Shown: positions 51,371 to 64,000 of the stretch, piece after piece
Layout of the letters: each line of letters begins with the position of its first letter
Numbering within the stretch: position 1 is the stretch's first letter
Source of the DNA: Camelus ferus
Lineage: Eukaryota
Length of the DNA stretch: 64,000 bases
Direction of reading: 5' to 3'
Assembly: GCF_009834535.1 (NCBI RefSeq)
Contig: NC_045696.1
Span: forward strand, 54,438,001-54,502,000
Notes under the pieces: model-generated
Told to the model about the DNA's origin: nothing
Database searches by the model: none
What the model saw: the letters and a program-made list of their open reading frames with translations, nothing else
Made by a program: the position numbers and the translations under genes

Positions 51371-53229
51371 TTTCAAGCAAGAACCACAGTACTTCTCACG
51401 GGAAACTAAATGTGAAGAAGACAGTCATCACTAAGGTGGGCAAAGGATGCATCTTTTCTAAGATTCACATATTAATTTGAAGACACCTTGTACATGGCCA
51501 AGTAGTATGTAAGATCACCCATAATTTTTTCCATTTAAACGAATAAACCAACAGTAATAAAAAAACTGACTTTACATATTACCAGTTAAAAAATACAAAT
51601 AAGATCAAATCTATAAAAATCGGACAATAGCATTCACACAAAAAAACTTAACAATGCCACAATGCTGGAAGCAAACCTCCTCTCTACAGTATAGACGATA
51701 ATGGGAAAAGTCACACAGTCATGTCCATTCATGTACTTGAATCTGAGAGTAGCCACAGCTAACCGAATCCTGGGGTCTATAGTCCTATTCCAGGTACTCT
51801 CCAAAATGCTCTCTAGCAGTTTCCCTCTTTCTCGCTGACAAAATCTAAATGATCTAAAAGCCTCTCCAACAAGTACAAGAGAATAGAACACAACTGTTAG
51901 CAAATGTGCATTTGAGCTCCACACTCCCAAGGTTTTCGAAGTAATAAAAACCAATTAGATAACACTTGGCAGCTCTAGTGAGAGAGAACAGCGCAATCTT
52001 ACCAGTACTAATAGGGTTTTTAATAATAGATAGGTTTCTCTCTGCAGAGCTGGAGATGGAAGTCGCAGCAGTATCAATTGCACAGCATTCTGCTGACCAA
52101 TATTCAATGCAAAAATGTGACATTAATGCAGTTAGTCTGTCAGTTAAAGCTGGTCAGTCAGAGCCCAGGGCAGGACTGCCAGAACTACCACTGGAACCCC
52201 ACATAGGTAAGAATTGTAAGAAAAAAGAAACCAAGCATTCTTCTTAGATATTATGGGCAAGGCTATAACCTATCTCAGGAGGAAACCAGGGAGGCCCAAA
52301 TCTGAAGAAATTAAAGGTACAAGTTAAGGTTAAATTCTTTGGGTCAAGGAATGCTAGAGACTTTCATGCTATTAAGATGTTAACTTTGATTCTAAATAGA
52401 ATAACTTTTATCTGCAGGTGGAATAATACTGTACAAATCTTTCATACCTGATGGTAACCGGATGCCTATAGGGTTTGTTTTGTTTTGTCTTTAACCACAT
52501 TTACTCCCCAGTAAAATTATTTGCCTAATGTATCTTTGCCTGAAACACAAAATATGTGGAAAGTATGTGTCTCGTTGTCATAGAAACCATCATTAAAATA
52601 ATTCACCAACCTTACTTAATTCATCATTCCCTCCTCCCTTTAAAACTGTCAAAATGAGGCTTTTTAAAGGGAAGGAAAGAGTGTTTAGAGGAGGCAAGGG
52701 ATGGGGGGGGGGCTCAGAACCTGTTCCTCTGTGGGTTTCCTAAATGCAACTGGCAACAGCTCCACCCTCTTCCAGCTTATATGCTTTTCCTCCTTTTCTT
52801 TCACACCATTCTTTTAAGTCTAACCATTTAGGTTTATGAAAGGAATTTCCTCAGGGCGTGTGGTTATAGTGCAAATTTTGTATGATCAGATCAAGCTTGT
52901 GAATAATACATTTGTCTGTGAATAAACTCCCCAGGGCATGTCCTCCTGGCTGAGCCTCTGTAATGAAGCATTTGACTGTAATTCAGTTAAGAATATGGGA
53001 GATGTAAATATATGTGGGTGGAGAGAGTGGAGAAAAGACTTTAAACCGCAGTGAAACCATTTCCTCCTCAGGATTCAGCATTGCATTCAAATGCTACGTC
53101 CAGAAAGCAGCTGCTGGTTTGCAAGAGGTTGAATCCTAATAGCATTTTAGAGATTTCAGAGCAAAGGGGACGACGAATTGACCCTGACCAAAAATACTGG
53201 ATGAGGCAACACAGTCATAATCACGTGCA

Positions 53230-53370
53230 AAAGCAATGGACTGCAAGTCAAGAGATCACTTCTAGTTCCACTCCTGACAACTTCAGGACCCTGGACAACA
53301 CCTTTCACCCCTCTGAGCTGTTGCATCTGCCAAGGGATGTTTTAAGATCAGTTACTCTCAGAGGTCCCTC
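53230..53370 (+). mobile_element. MIR3/MIR SINE
   Basis: agcaatggactgcaagtcaagaga...ttctagttccactc...ccctctgagc. Confidence 0.55.
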
Positions 53371-54194
53371 AGAACAAGTCTCTGTGTGTAAACTTTCAAG
53401 CAGTAAAAGGGACAAAGTAATGCTGGTATCTTCTGAAATTTTGTAAAAAGGTCAGCAATGTATTTATTCCCTGCTAACTCCTGCTTTAGAACTAATGAGT
53501 TTCCCTTGTAACCGCGACAATCTATAATTCTAATAATGTATTCTGAGTATGATCATCATGCAGTACATAATGTGTATTTCTTATTGATTATCAGCTCCTT
53601 AAAGCAAGTTCTCATGTATGCATTTAAAACACCCAGCCCAACATCTGGAACATACTAGGTATTGAGGAAAATATTTTGAGTATATGGATGAATATATAAT
53701 CAAATAGAAGCCATGCTTATGAGCAATTTAGACATCTTTATCCATGAGGGGGGAAATGTGACTGTTTGCAATGTCAGTCAAACTTAAACAAAGGTGACAC
53801 TGGACAATAAGCTACTGTCCTGGATGGGAGCCAAAATTTCCAAGGCTTCAAATGTGCCATCTCTTCTCCAAACACAGGCTCATACAAAGACCACTGTTTC
53901 AGGTCTCTGACTCTTCTTCCCCCTTAGGGACTACAACATAATTTCTGCTCTGTCGATTTCATGGCCATAGTAGCTGGAGGAAAGCTGTTTGTATGGTTAG
54001 TCCTGCAAGCACTGACTCAGTCTCTATTACGTGTAAAGAAAGCCCTTTACTAGGATAAGTGGAGAGTATCAAGATGCCTAAGACACAATTCTAGCTACTA
54101 CAGAACTTGGATCTCTTTGTAAAGATAGAAAGCAACATATAAAAATTATAACTAGCCAGAAATACATGTATCAAATTAGTCATATTAATACCTC

Positions 54195-54720
54195 ATATGC
54201 AGAAATGGGAAGTGATAGTTAATGACCAACTACCAAGTTTCTGGTACTATGTCTATCACTTTTACCTATTATGATCATCTCATTCATTAAGTCCTTGCCT
54301 TAACCATGAATGGTGCATAATATTCACCCCAATTTTCAAATATGGTAAGACCCAGAGATGTTTTAAGCAACTTGACCACAGTTGTACTATAAGTGAATGG
54401 TACAACAGAAAAGCCTTCCAATCTACTGACCTGTATTTAGGGTGGATACAGGGAGCTTCATGTGTAAGGGTGCTTTTAGTGATGTCAAGAATTTACAAAG
54501 GTGGACAGAGATGAAGGGAGAGGGTCATTCACAGGCTGAGATGGGAAAGCTAGAGGCATAAATGAGAGTGAGAGCATCCGTTTACTGAGAACAAAGTATA
54601 CCCAGGTAGACTCTGGTGATGACCTTGAACTAAAGAATTTGCACTTTATCCCACATGTAATGAGTTGCTACCAATAGTTTGTAAGCTAGGGAGTGACACA
54701 ATGAAAGAGGTTAAGGAAAT
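54195..54720 (-). mobile_element. MIR (about 54195-54410) followed by a LINE-2 remnant (about 54430-54720)
   Basis: cccaattttcaaatatggtaagacccagagatgttttaagcaacttgaccacagt; gaccttgaactaaagaatttgcactttatcc...gggagtgacacaatga. Confidence 0.55.
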
Positions 54721-55399
54721 ATAATCTGTTTTTTCTGTGCTGCACAGAGGATGACAGTATGTAGACTGAGAAGAAAAATGTATTCCTTAATTGGCTAGAC
54801 ATATATGAATTAGTAGCTGAGAGCACATCGTTATCCAGGCCCAAAGTTAGAATCATCGCTTCAAGCCCTGGGTTCAGTAAAGGCAGACTGCTGTTCAGTT
54901 GGGAACACCGAACTGGAAAATTAAAGTGATGAGCTGAGGAGGGTGTAGGTGAAGAAGCTGTTCATTTTGCATGAGGTGCAAATGCAGAGGAGTCTCTTGA
55001 TGCAGGTGTGTTCATCTGAATTAACACCTGTGCTACAAAAGGGAGAGGCTACCCAGTGCACTTATGGTAACTTTGATTCCATTCCACACTTTTTTTTTTA
55101 AATCTCTGCAAAACCACAAATAGGTGAAAAGATCTACCAGAAAACAATGTCTTTCCTAGGGTGAACTAAGGTCAGAACTGTGGGACCATCTGTGTTCTAA
55201 TACTCAGAAAAGAACGTGTGACTCTCACAAAGGTGCATTTTTAAAAAAGTACACTTGAAGTCTTATTAAAAATAAATTAAAAAGCTGTACATCAAGGAAG
55301 AGACACCTGGGGTGGGGGTGGATAGAAACGAACATTATCCACTGCTTGTTTCCAAGGAGTCCAGGGGGCTTATATAAAAAATAGTCAAGCTTTAGTGGT

Positions 55400-55600
55400 T
55401 ACCATTTGTCGGCTACTACATTAAAACTTTATGTTCATCAACTCATTTCATCCTCACAACAACATTTTGGGTAGTGCTACAGTACTAGTATTATGTAGAA
55501 ACTGAAAAAATGAAAGATTAAGGGAAAATCTGCCAGGCCACGCAGTTAGGAGGTGGCAGGGCTGGGGTGTTAGACCCTGGGAGTCTGCCTCCCAAGTCCA
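55400..55600 (-). mobile_element. MIR SINE
   Basis: ctcatttcatcctcacaacaac...ggccacgcagttaggaggtggcagggctgggg...gtctgcctcccaagtcca. Confidence 0.75.
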
Positions 55601-55854
55601 CTTTTTTTTTTTTTTTTTTGAATCACTATTTCCTTCTGCCTCCTTGGCATCACCCCAAACACTCTAATGTTCTCACTGGAGCTAACAGGTTAGCAATGAA
55701 TCACTGAGATCATTCCCAGGTGAACCACCAACTCTGGACCCAAAAGGAAACAGAGTTGGTGGCTGAAGTGCTGGTGCACTGGGAGGACCGGAAGCATACA
55801 CTGCAGGAGTCAGCATGATGTCCTGGAGGAAGTCTCAGGCCAGGAGGCTGATGA

Positions 55855-56010
55855 TCGTGCTTGAGTCTCAGCTCCTTTACAAAGCCTCTATCAAGTTACC
55901 CACTCTCTAAAAAGCCTTAGTTCCTAAACTGCTAAAAAGAGATAAAAAAAAAAAAAACTATCTGTATCATAAATGGATTGTAAAAACCAAACAACTACAT
56001 GTGAAAACAT
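55855..56010 (+). mobile_element. MIR SINE fragment
   Basis: ttgagtctcagctcctttac...caagttacccactctct...ccttagttcc...ggattgt. Confidence 0.55.
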
Positions 56011-59000
56011 TTAGTTAGCAACTTCAAAAGACCTGTATTGACTATAGGGTGCTCCATGAATACCGTTGTTCAAATATTTATTTTAAATGCTTTTACCTTA
56101 GGGCAACTTTTTCAAACAAAAAACCTCTCACTCAACACTGGGTTCCTTTCCATAGGTACCATGAATTCAGGTGTCCCTGAGAGCATTCCCAAATGAGCTT
56201 GTGTGATTTCTCCCTCTATGCCCTACAGACGCAGAGCCCGCCAGCAGACAGCTGCAAAACTGACTGCTACTGACCTCCAAACCAGGCTTCCCATGACATA
56301 ATGGAAAATCTGGTACTCGCCATTTTTCTTCTTCTTCTTACATCAACCATTTAGAAAATTGTTCAATCAAAGCTTTGTTTTTCTGCATTCATTCAAGCAT
56401 CCTGAGTTAATGATCACTTCTTTCATGTGTCAACCCTTGAAGAAAAAAATTAAATCTTTCTAGAATTTGGGCTCTGGGCTGAAAGAAATTGAAAATATAT
56501 GGCTTCCTATCTTGACCATCAATAGCCTTATTTTCAAAAGTTGCCTGACATGAATAAGCTCCTAGCGTCTCTCCAAGTCAACTATGTTGGTACAAAATTA
56601 CACTTTGTAGCTGATTTTCTCTTGCAGGGGAAAGGGGATCACAGCTCAATATGTATTTTATAACTTAAAAGTGGGAAAGATCAATCATCAGAATTAATTT
56701 GGTAAATGAATGAATTAATCTAGAGAGACTATTTTTCAGGGAGGTCGAGCTTTCATCTTTGTCCTGGTGAGTACCTTCTACTGGCCAGGATAGATAGTTT
56801 ATTGTCACTTGAATTTGGGTACCATTTTAGGCCCAACCACTGCAAAAATATAGCACTCCCAGATTCATGTATAAAGGTAATTTAAATATTTTACACTTTA
56901 TTACTTATTGCCCCCAATTTTTTCAATCTATTGATACAAGTCCTAGTAATTGGATGGGTGGTAACTAAGGACATTGACAGTACCCCCAAATTATTCAACC
57001 CTTTGTATCTTAGTCCTTTTAAGTGACTTCCTAAGTTCATTTTCTACTGGGATTTATTCATTAATATTCCCCCAAATTCCTGCTTTTACAGACCCTTCAG
57101 GGAACGACAGCCACAGAGAGACCTCGCACCCCAATGTCCATGCCTTCTTGCTCGGAGGACAGGGGAAGGGGAGTGGTCAACCCATTTTCCTTTGGGAAAT
57201 AAACATGGGGAGCACGTCTTACTGTGCTCAGCATTAAAAACTCTCCCTCAAAGGGAGAGTCACCACTTCTTTTATACGTAAGTATTTTTGAAGGCAATCT
57301 AACAGGCCGTGAGTATAACTAGGCTTTCCTCCCACCCTCTCCTTCCAGAAACACCCTGTGTGGGCTGACATGCACTGAAAGCTCTTGTCACTGGTAGACT
57401 GAAGTTAGCAACATAAAGTTTGAAAAAATCAACTTGAACTTAATTTTAACAGAGTTACAGATGGGATTTGGGAGGGGAAAGTGTGTGTGTATATGGAGAG
57501 AAATTTGTAGAGTATACTTGTTTATTACCTGGTATCCTACCTGAATGTTACTGGGAGACACTACTTACAGTAAAACAATTGTTTCAAAGCTTTATATTAA
57601 AAATTATATAAGATATTAAAATATTCTTAGTGAAAACATCAGCCCTAAGGCATTTCTAAAATTATATAATTATTGGCTCATTGTTACAGTCTGGGAAATA
57701 CTAGCAAAGCAGTAATTAAGTTACTGTTAGTAGGGGACCCTCCTGCCCTCGTCCCTTATCCCCTATGTTACGGCAGATGATGAGAAATACAAACCACTAG
57801 AGGGTGAACATTTCCTTATTTCAATGTGAGACTGTTTCCCAGAGGCCTGGAAACAACACTGAAAAATTGAGGCACGTTCAGCTAACAAGTTAGCAATAAA
57901 TCACTGGGCTCATTTCTTCGCTGTGGAATAACCTGGCTGGCCATGGTATTTCCTAGATGTACCTCTGCACCCCCCCATGCACACTTCTCTCCAGACACTA
58001 CAGCTGCATCCCGAGTAAGGAGGGTAAGATGGGCTTGCTCAGGTCTGTATACCTTCGAACAAGGATGATTACATTTCACCCAGCCAGTAGTTAAGACATG
58101 TGATGACACACATTCTTTAAGTAGCAGGTGAGTCCTCCCTTAACAATGCTGCTGAACCTTGTACGTGAGCCATGTCGAGTTTTAGAGGAAGGGGCAGGGA
58201 GGAAATGGATTGTGGTAACAGGGCGAACCTGGTATAAAATCTTTGCTTGTTAATTAAAAGACAGAATGAACCAAGGAAAGTTACTCAAAATTCTGATTCT
58301 CAATTTCCTTATTTTAATTAACTTGACAGTAAAAAAAGGAAAAAATGCCCTTGAGTCTGGCATTTGGGAGGTTCTCAAAAAAACAGTGCTGCTACTCATA
58401 TGACTACTACTACGCTCCTTCTAGTCTATTGCACTATTTTTATTATTATTATCATGATGACAATGACTATATGTACCTTTTCCTTTCTTCACAACACTTT
58501 TCACTAATCATAAGTAGGTATCTGGTTATCACTTATAACCCGGACAGAGATTATATCACATGTGTGCATAATTAGAGTGTCACCAGTCTCTGAGTGTCCC
58601 AGCAACTGCTTAAAATTGGTTACGGGGCAATTTCTCTATCACTCAACGATTCTTGATCTGTTATAATGAAAGGAGTCAGGTAAAAAGCAATCCATACTAT
58701 GATATTGTAAGCACAGGTTTTATTTTCTTTTTCCCCAGGCATTTGCCAAAAAGCTTTAGAAGTAAATTCTTTAACCTAACAAGATCCCGAGCGTGGAGCT
58801 GTATGAAAAGCTCAGCGCCCCTCACCTTACTGAGGCTTGAGGAGAGAGGTGAGCTGTCAGGTACCGGAACGAAGCAGGACATAATGAGACTGACGCTTTG
58901 GGGTCAGTCCCTCATCCCCAACACCTCATTAAGTCTCTCTCCGAGGGGAAGAGGTGCAAAGACACTTTCAGAATACCAACCTTTTTATCTTGCATTATTA

Positions 59001-59894
59001 CAAAATTGGCCTCGTGTAGGGAAGGAAAAAACAACATGAGCTTTTAAACTTCAGATCCTTGTGTGAGATCAGGTACTTTTTTTTTTTTTAAGCTATTTAT
59101 TCAACATGCTCCCTGCTCAGCTCCTCACACTCACCTTTCCCTATACGTGTCTCATCTTCACTTCCTTTAACTTCTTTCTTCAACGGTTAGCCAGACTCCA
59201 TGTTCCAGTGAAAACTCTGTGGAACACATCCCCCGTAGGGCAGATCTGATGCTGCCCAGCACCCCTGCTGGCTCCTTCCTCCTCGCCTCCCTTTTCCCAC
59301 GTCCTTATCCGCTTTCTCCTCTTGGTTGGCCCTTCAGACCTCTTTCCTCTTTCACAGCCTGCGCTGACACACTTCTAAAGATGAACTCAGGAGCAGGTGT
59401 GACATATGGAAGTCATTGGTCTTACAAAACAGTGGCCACAATAAACCAGCTGTGGCACAAAAAAGGAAGAAAAAAAAAAAAGAATGGAAGAGCAGCTGAG
59501 ATGATCCTGATGAGCCTGGTTACCACGGTAGGGATGGCAAACTCTAAAGACCTAGGAGTGAAGAAGTGCAACATCCAAAAAGGTTATAACCCAAAAGAGT
59601 ATTTCCGGTAAATATTTTGAGCCCAGGATGGGAAATGTTCAGGAAGCCCAGGATTAACATGGGATGGTGCAAGGACAAATGTGAAAGTCAAGAACAGACA
59701 GTGGTGCTATTTTATAACTTTGGAAGAGGACAGATCCACTTTGCCCCTCAGAAGGGGCTGAACAATTCCAGAAAAAGATGTGGAGAAATCTGGGCAAGAT
59801 GGCAGTCTAATCACCACCAGTTTGGCCCTTTAGACCCAAGAACCTCGTTTACTAAGAGCTGAGCCTACATTCATGTAAAAAGACAGGGAATTTA

Positions 59895-60090
59895 TACATT
59901 AAGAGCAGCTACTCTGGGGCCAGATTGCTGACGTCAAATTCAGGTTCCACCCTGGGCAAATAGACACTTGATCAGTAAAGAAGAGTTAAAAACAGTACGT
60001 ACTTCCTAGTTTTGTTTTGGTATATAAATGGGTTAATAAGTAAAGTTCTTCTATCAGTACTGGAGATATAGTAAATGTTTATTATTATAA
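59895..60090 (+). mobile_element. MIR SINE
   Basis: ttaagagcagctactctggggccagattgc...tcaaattcaggttccac...taaatgttttattatt. Confidence 0.7.
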
Positions 60091-60769
60091 CATATTTATA
60101 AGGTATAAATATTATTACAGAAATGAAATTTATTTGCCTTTTATAAAACTGGCCAACTTATTTCCCTCACATTCTCTAATTGCTTATTTGTCCAATTAAA
60201 AATTTAGTTTTGCTGTTGCTAAAAAGCCCTCTTAAACAGACCTCTTAAAGTGACTGAGTGCCCTAGTCCCCTACCTCTTTCTGACTTTTAAGTAAAAGAT
60301 TTTTTGTTATCCACATTGAGGAATCTCTTGCCAGCTCCTAAGTACCTGAAGCTGCAACAGTTTAAGAAAAGTAGGAACCTGACATCTGTCAAGATGGAGC
60401 CATGTGCCAACACAAGTAACCCTAGAACCTGATGGCTTCACTGCACCAGTGAGCCTGAGAACTTGCAGGCTGGCATTTTTTCTTAACCAAGTCACATACT
60501 CTCTGACATATGACCATAAGAAAACAGAGAAAAATGCTCATAAATGTGGCATTCAATTTTAAAACTCTTTGATTTAGGAACTCTTTTTCTTTTTTTTTTC
60601 TTTTTTTTTTAAACTTTCTGCAATGCTCAGCTAGTTTCTCCCATACAAGCAGAGACGTTAGTAAGAGCAAAAGCCCAGAGGTAACAATGCCTCCACCTGA
60701 AATACCCTCTCGATTTTCTCTGCATCTAGATTATAACACACAGCTGATGTGCTCAGTGATGGCCAAAGC

Positions 60770-60965
60770 CAGCATTCACTGAGCCATGTCACAGACACGG
60801 AGGCGGGAGCTCTGCATTTAATCCTGAGGACAATTCTTTATGGTAAATCCTACCATTGTCATGTGAAAAACTGAGGCTAAGTTACATTGTTTGCCCAAAG
60901 CCACACCCAGTAAGTGGAGAAATAAGGATGACACCCAAAGTCTGTTTCATGCCAAGGCCCGTGTA
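60770..60965 (-). mobile_element. MIR SINE
   Basis: catttaatcctgaggacaa...atgtgaaaaactgaggct...tttgcccaaagccacacccagtaagtgg. Confidence 0.75.
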
Positions 60966-61214
60966 GTCAGGAAGTAGCATCTAGAACCTGATCTCTCCCC
61001 AACCTCAAGTATGACATCCCACATCTAAAAGATCACTTACCATCTATTTTCCCTGTGGATAACTTTACTCATAATTCCTTTCTACAGCAACAAATTTATA
61101 TATGTTTAATTACGTGCTGTGATTGTCATACCTTCTCAGACCACCTTCTGAGAACAGATATCCAAAAATGAACTCCTGTCACTGACAGGTAAATATTTTA
61201 AAAGGCAGTGTAAA

Positions 61215-61292
61215 TCCTTTCTTTCTTCCCTTCCCTTCCCTGTCTTTCTTCCTTTCCCTTTCCTTCTTTCCCTCTCTTTCCTCTCTCTCTCT
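61215..61292. repeat. CT-rich simple repeat
   Basis: (CTTT/CCTT/CT)n tract. Confidence 0.8.
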
Positions 61293-61859
61293 CTTTCTTC
61301 CTTATTTATTTTTTGCTAGATTTAAAATCATTATTAACCCAAGATGTAAAAACTAAACATTTGTCTTACTTCCAAAAGATGATGGATGTCTGTGGGGGAA
61401 TAAAAGAAATAATTTTCTATGTACCATTTTAAAGGAGGTGAGGGAAAATTTTGGAAACATAAGGCCTCAGGCTAATGGAAGATAATTGACATTTTCTTTT
61501 AGGAGTTGTTAATTAAAACAACATTAAATATTCCTCTACAATCTTTTGTCAGTCAATAGGCTAGGCCAGTGGAACTGCCACTGAGGGGCCCATCAAAGCC
61601 CATAATATTCTCCCAGAGTAGCTAATTACAGCCATTTTAAAAGGTTTCCAATGCACTCACCAACATTTTTTTAAGAATTCACTTCTATAAAACATTCAAA
61701 TGTTAACAACCTGCCATAGAGAAGATACCACGTAGAAGCATTCAATCAACATCTTAGAGCAGCGTCCAGCCATCGTGCTTTTATATAGGTCAAATCCTGT
61801 TTTTAAAAGGCCTATAAAGAGATCCAATTATATAAAAGCATATAATATATGACAAAGCA

Positions 61860-62880
61860 ACCGTCATGAAACAATGGGTAGGGACATTGTAATTAAATAA
61901 ACGATGCTCAAGAAAGAGTTTAGCACTTCACTGGGAACAGAACATACTTTATACCATACACCAAAATAATTTTTTAGGTAAAGAAAAGTATGTAGCAGAA
62001 CATACAATATTTATTAGGTCTGTGGAGAAACTATAGAATTTCTAAGATTTTAAAAGGAAGAAGTCAGTACATTTTTCTACATAAAATCAAACTTCTAAGA
62101 AAGAAAAATTATAATATAAAATGGAAGAGAGGAAATTAACAGAAAAGTTTAAATTGTTAAAACTTATATTACATAAATGTACCATTTATATAAATAAAAT
62201 AAAGTTATCAATAGGTAAACAAACAGAGGCTAAGAGGAAAAAATTCATTTATATAAGAAGAGTTACAATTGAATTATTGGAAATGATGAACCTGACATCT
62301 CAAACAGACGTCCATACTAAACTATCAGTTGATATTAATGATAGGATGACAAATACATGAAGATAACAGCTCAATTATAGAAAGCAATCTTCAATAAAGC
62401 ATACTCATGATATGCTGCTGACAAGCTGGTAAAAACCTTTAGAAGATGATTTAGCTTTATAATTTAGGTGTTGTAAAACTCTTCAAACCCTTCAAGTTAT
62501 CTGACATCCAGAAACTCATCCTACATAAAGGATATTGAGATAAATATATAAATATCAATATACTTACAAGGGAGGTTTTTGTATTGGTATTCATAGAAAA
62601 GACAAAGAGAAAAAATAGACATGTCTATCAAGGGGGATGGATTAAGTAAATTGTAAGCACATATACCCGACTGAAAGAGTATTTATGGAGAATAAGTAAG
62701 TATGTGGGGAAATGCTTATGATTTAATGTTAACCAAAAATGCAGAGAGGAAAATAAATACGTCTTGGAAGAAGATACAGAAAAAGAAGAGTCCATTTCTT
62801 AAAATGATAGGATTCTTATGATTATTTCCCATTTTAACATTTGTGTCGCTGTGACAATTTTATACGAGTGAAAAATGCAT
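61860..62880 (+). mobile_element. Ancient LINE-1 ORF2 end and 3'UTR remnant
   Basis: A-rich; ctttataccatacaccaaaataat, aaaatcaaacttcta, atgtctatcaagggggatggattaagtaaattgt are degenerate L1M motifs. Confidence 0.7.
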
Positions 62881-63357
62881 ATGAAGTTTTCATTAGGGGA
62901 GGTTTTACTGTAATTAAAACCTTGTTGAAAATGTCCTCAGTGTTCTGGTGTTGCTTGTGACACAGGAGGGCAAAGTTCCTGGCTTTTTATAGCCAAAATT
63001 GGTAGTACAGTGGTAGAGATATTTGATGTGGGCTATTGTTCATGAAGTAATAAATTGTTCTTTGCTGGACCAATTGCTATCCCTAAACCTCCTGACTACT
63101 TTAATTTATAGTGAGTGGAATAGATAACAATTTCTCTGCAGAGAGCACGCAATCAGGTACTTTCAATGTAAGAAAGAAAAGGCAATTTTATTGGTCTTGC
63201 TAAGGTATTCATCACCCAAAGTCTGTTATAATTCTAAGCTATCCACTGAGTAGACACAGCATCTTCAAAAGACAGCATGTGTTGTTTGAAACAGGTTTTT
63301 ATTCATGGAAGTTAGAGAACATTTGCCATGTCTTATTTCTGGGACAGAATGAACCAC

Positions 63358-63570
63358 AGTAATAGTTAACATTTATTGAGCATTTAATGTAGGTCAGCCT
63401 CTGTGATAAATAATATAGTGAATATAAAGTGTTTACCAGTCAGCGTTTCTCCATCTTACAGGTGAGGAAATTGAGGCACAGAGGAACTAAGCTATACAGC
63501 TTTAAAGAAAGAACCGGGAATCCTTTTAGTCTTGTATCTTCACAGCTAATACTCTGTAAAGTACTATGCT
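63358..63570 (-). mobile_element. MIR SINE
   Basis: taatagttaacatttattgagcatt...ccatcttacaggtgaggaaattgaggcacagag. Confidence 0.8.
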
Positions 63571-63884
63571 CTTCTTCTCCAATATGGTTTTATTTGAAAT
63601 AATATGGTGTAGCTTATCTATGATCCATAAAGTTTAGGTCTGACTCATAAAATGGCTAATTTTTCTTTTGTGGACACTTCTAGGGGACATAATTGAATTA
63701 TATCTTCCCTCACTAGTGTACTACAGAATATCAACAATCTTAGCCTCTGTGGTGCATTTCTGACTGTATCAACTTCCAAGTGCCTCTTGGTCTAAACAGC
63801 ATCAGTAGGATGGTGGAAAGTATCCTGAGGCTTAATACCCTCTCCCAACACTGATTGAATGTGTACTCATAGGGAGGACAAACC

Positions 63885-63968
63885 CTTTATAACTCAGTTT
63901 CTTTATTTGTAAGATGGGACAATGACAACACAAAATTGTACATTTATAGTGAGGATTAAATAAGATAA
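63885..63968 (+). mobile_element. MIR SINE core fragment
   Basis: ctcagtttctttatttgtaagatgggacaat...gtgaggattaaataag. Confidence 0.7.
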
Positions 63969-63970
63969 TA

Positions 63971-64000
63971 GAGTTGACCCCTGAACAATGCAGGAGTTAG
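63971..64000. mobile_element. Terminus of a Tigger-type (TcMar) DNA transposon, cut by window end
   Basis: ta followed by gagttgacccctgaacaatgcaggagttag resembles the Tigger terminal repeat cagttgacccttgaacaa...ggggttag. Confidence 0.55.

Noticed and set aside
56740..56766. 27-nt microexon candidate (ttttcag|...CTG|gtgagt)
   Set aside because: Upstream sequence is purine- and AG-rich, with no extended pyrimidine tract or UGC motif typical of real microexons.
1..64000. CRISPR arrays, operons, tRNA/rRNA genes, CpG-island promoter
   Set aside because: None seen. The sequence is mammalian repeat-rich non-coding DNA with no regularly spaced repeat-spacer structure and no true CpG island.

Overview
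Mammalian genomic DNA, AT-rich and CpG-depleted. A young LINE-1 3' end at 37451-37839 resembles camelid (camel/alpaca-type) L1, which suggests the host by recall rather than by database search. The window reads as intergenic or deep intronic: I found no intact protein-coding gene, rRNA, tRNA or CRISPR array, and nearly all ORFs in the supplied track look like chance frames. The one clearly identifiable gene-derived feature is an old, intronless, heavily disrupted processed pseudogene of the GTPase DRG1 on the minus strand (about 23140-24305). The rest is a typical eutherian repeat landscape: L1 3' fragments (some with clear target-site duplications), many L2 and MIR remnants, MLT1 and MER21 LTR pieces, hAT/Tigger DNA-transposon fossils and microsatellites. 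Lower-confidence leads are a 159-nt frame-preserving exon candidate, a palindromic octamer (POU) cluster, a CACG/E-box-dense CpG patch and a UGCAUG cluster. I see no convincing evidence of a new biological system. Repeat boundaries are approximate and family names come from recalled consensus sequences.
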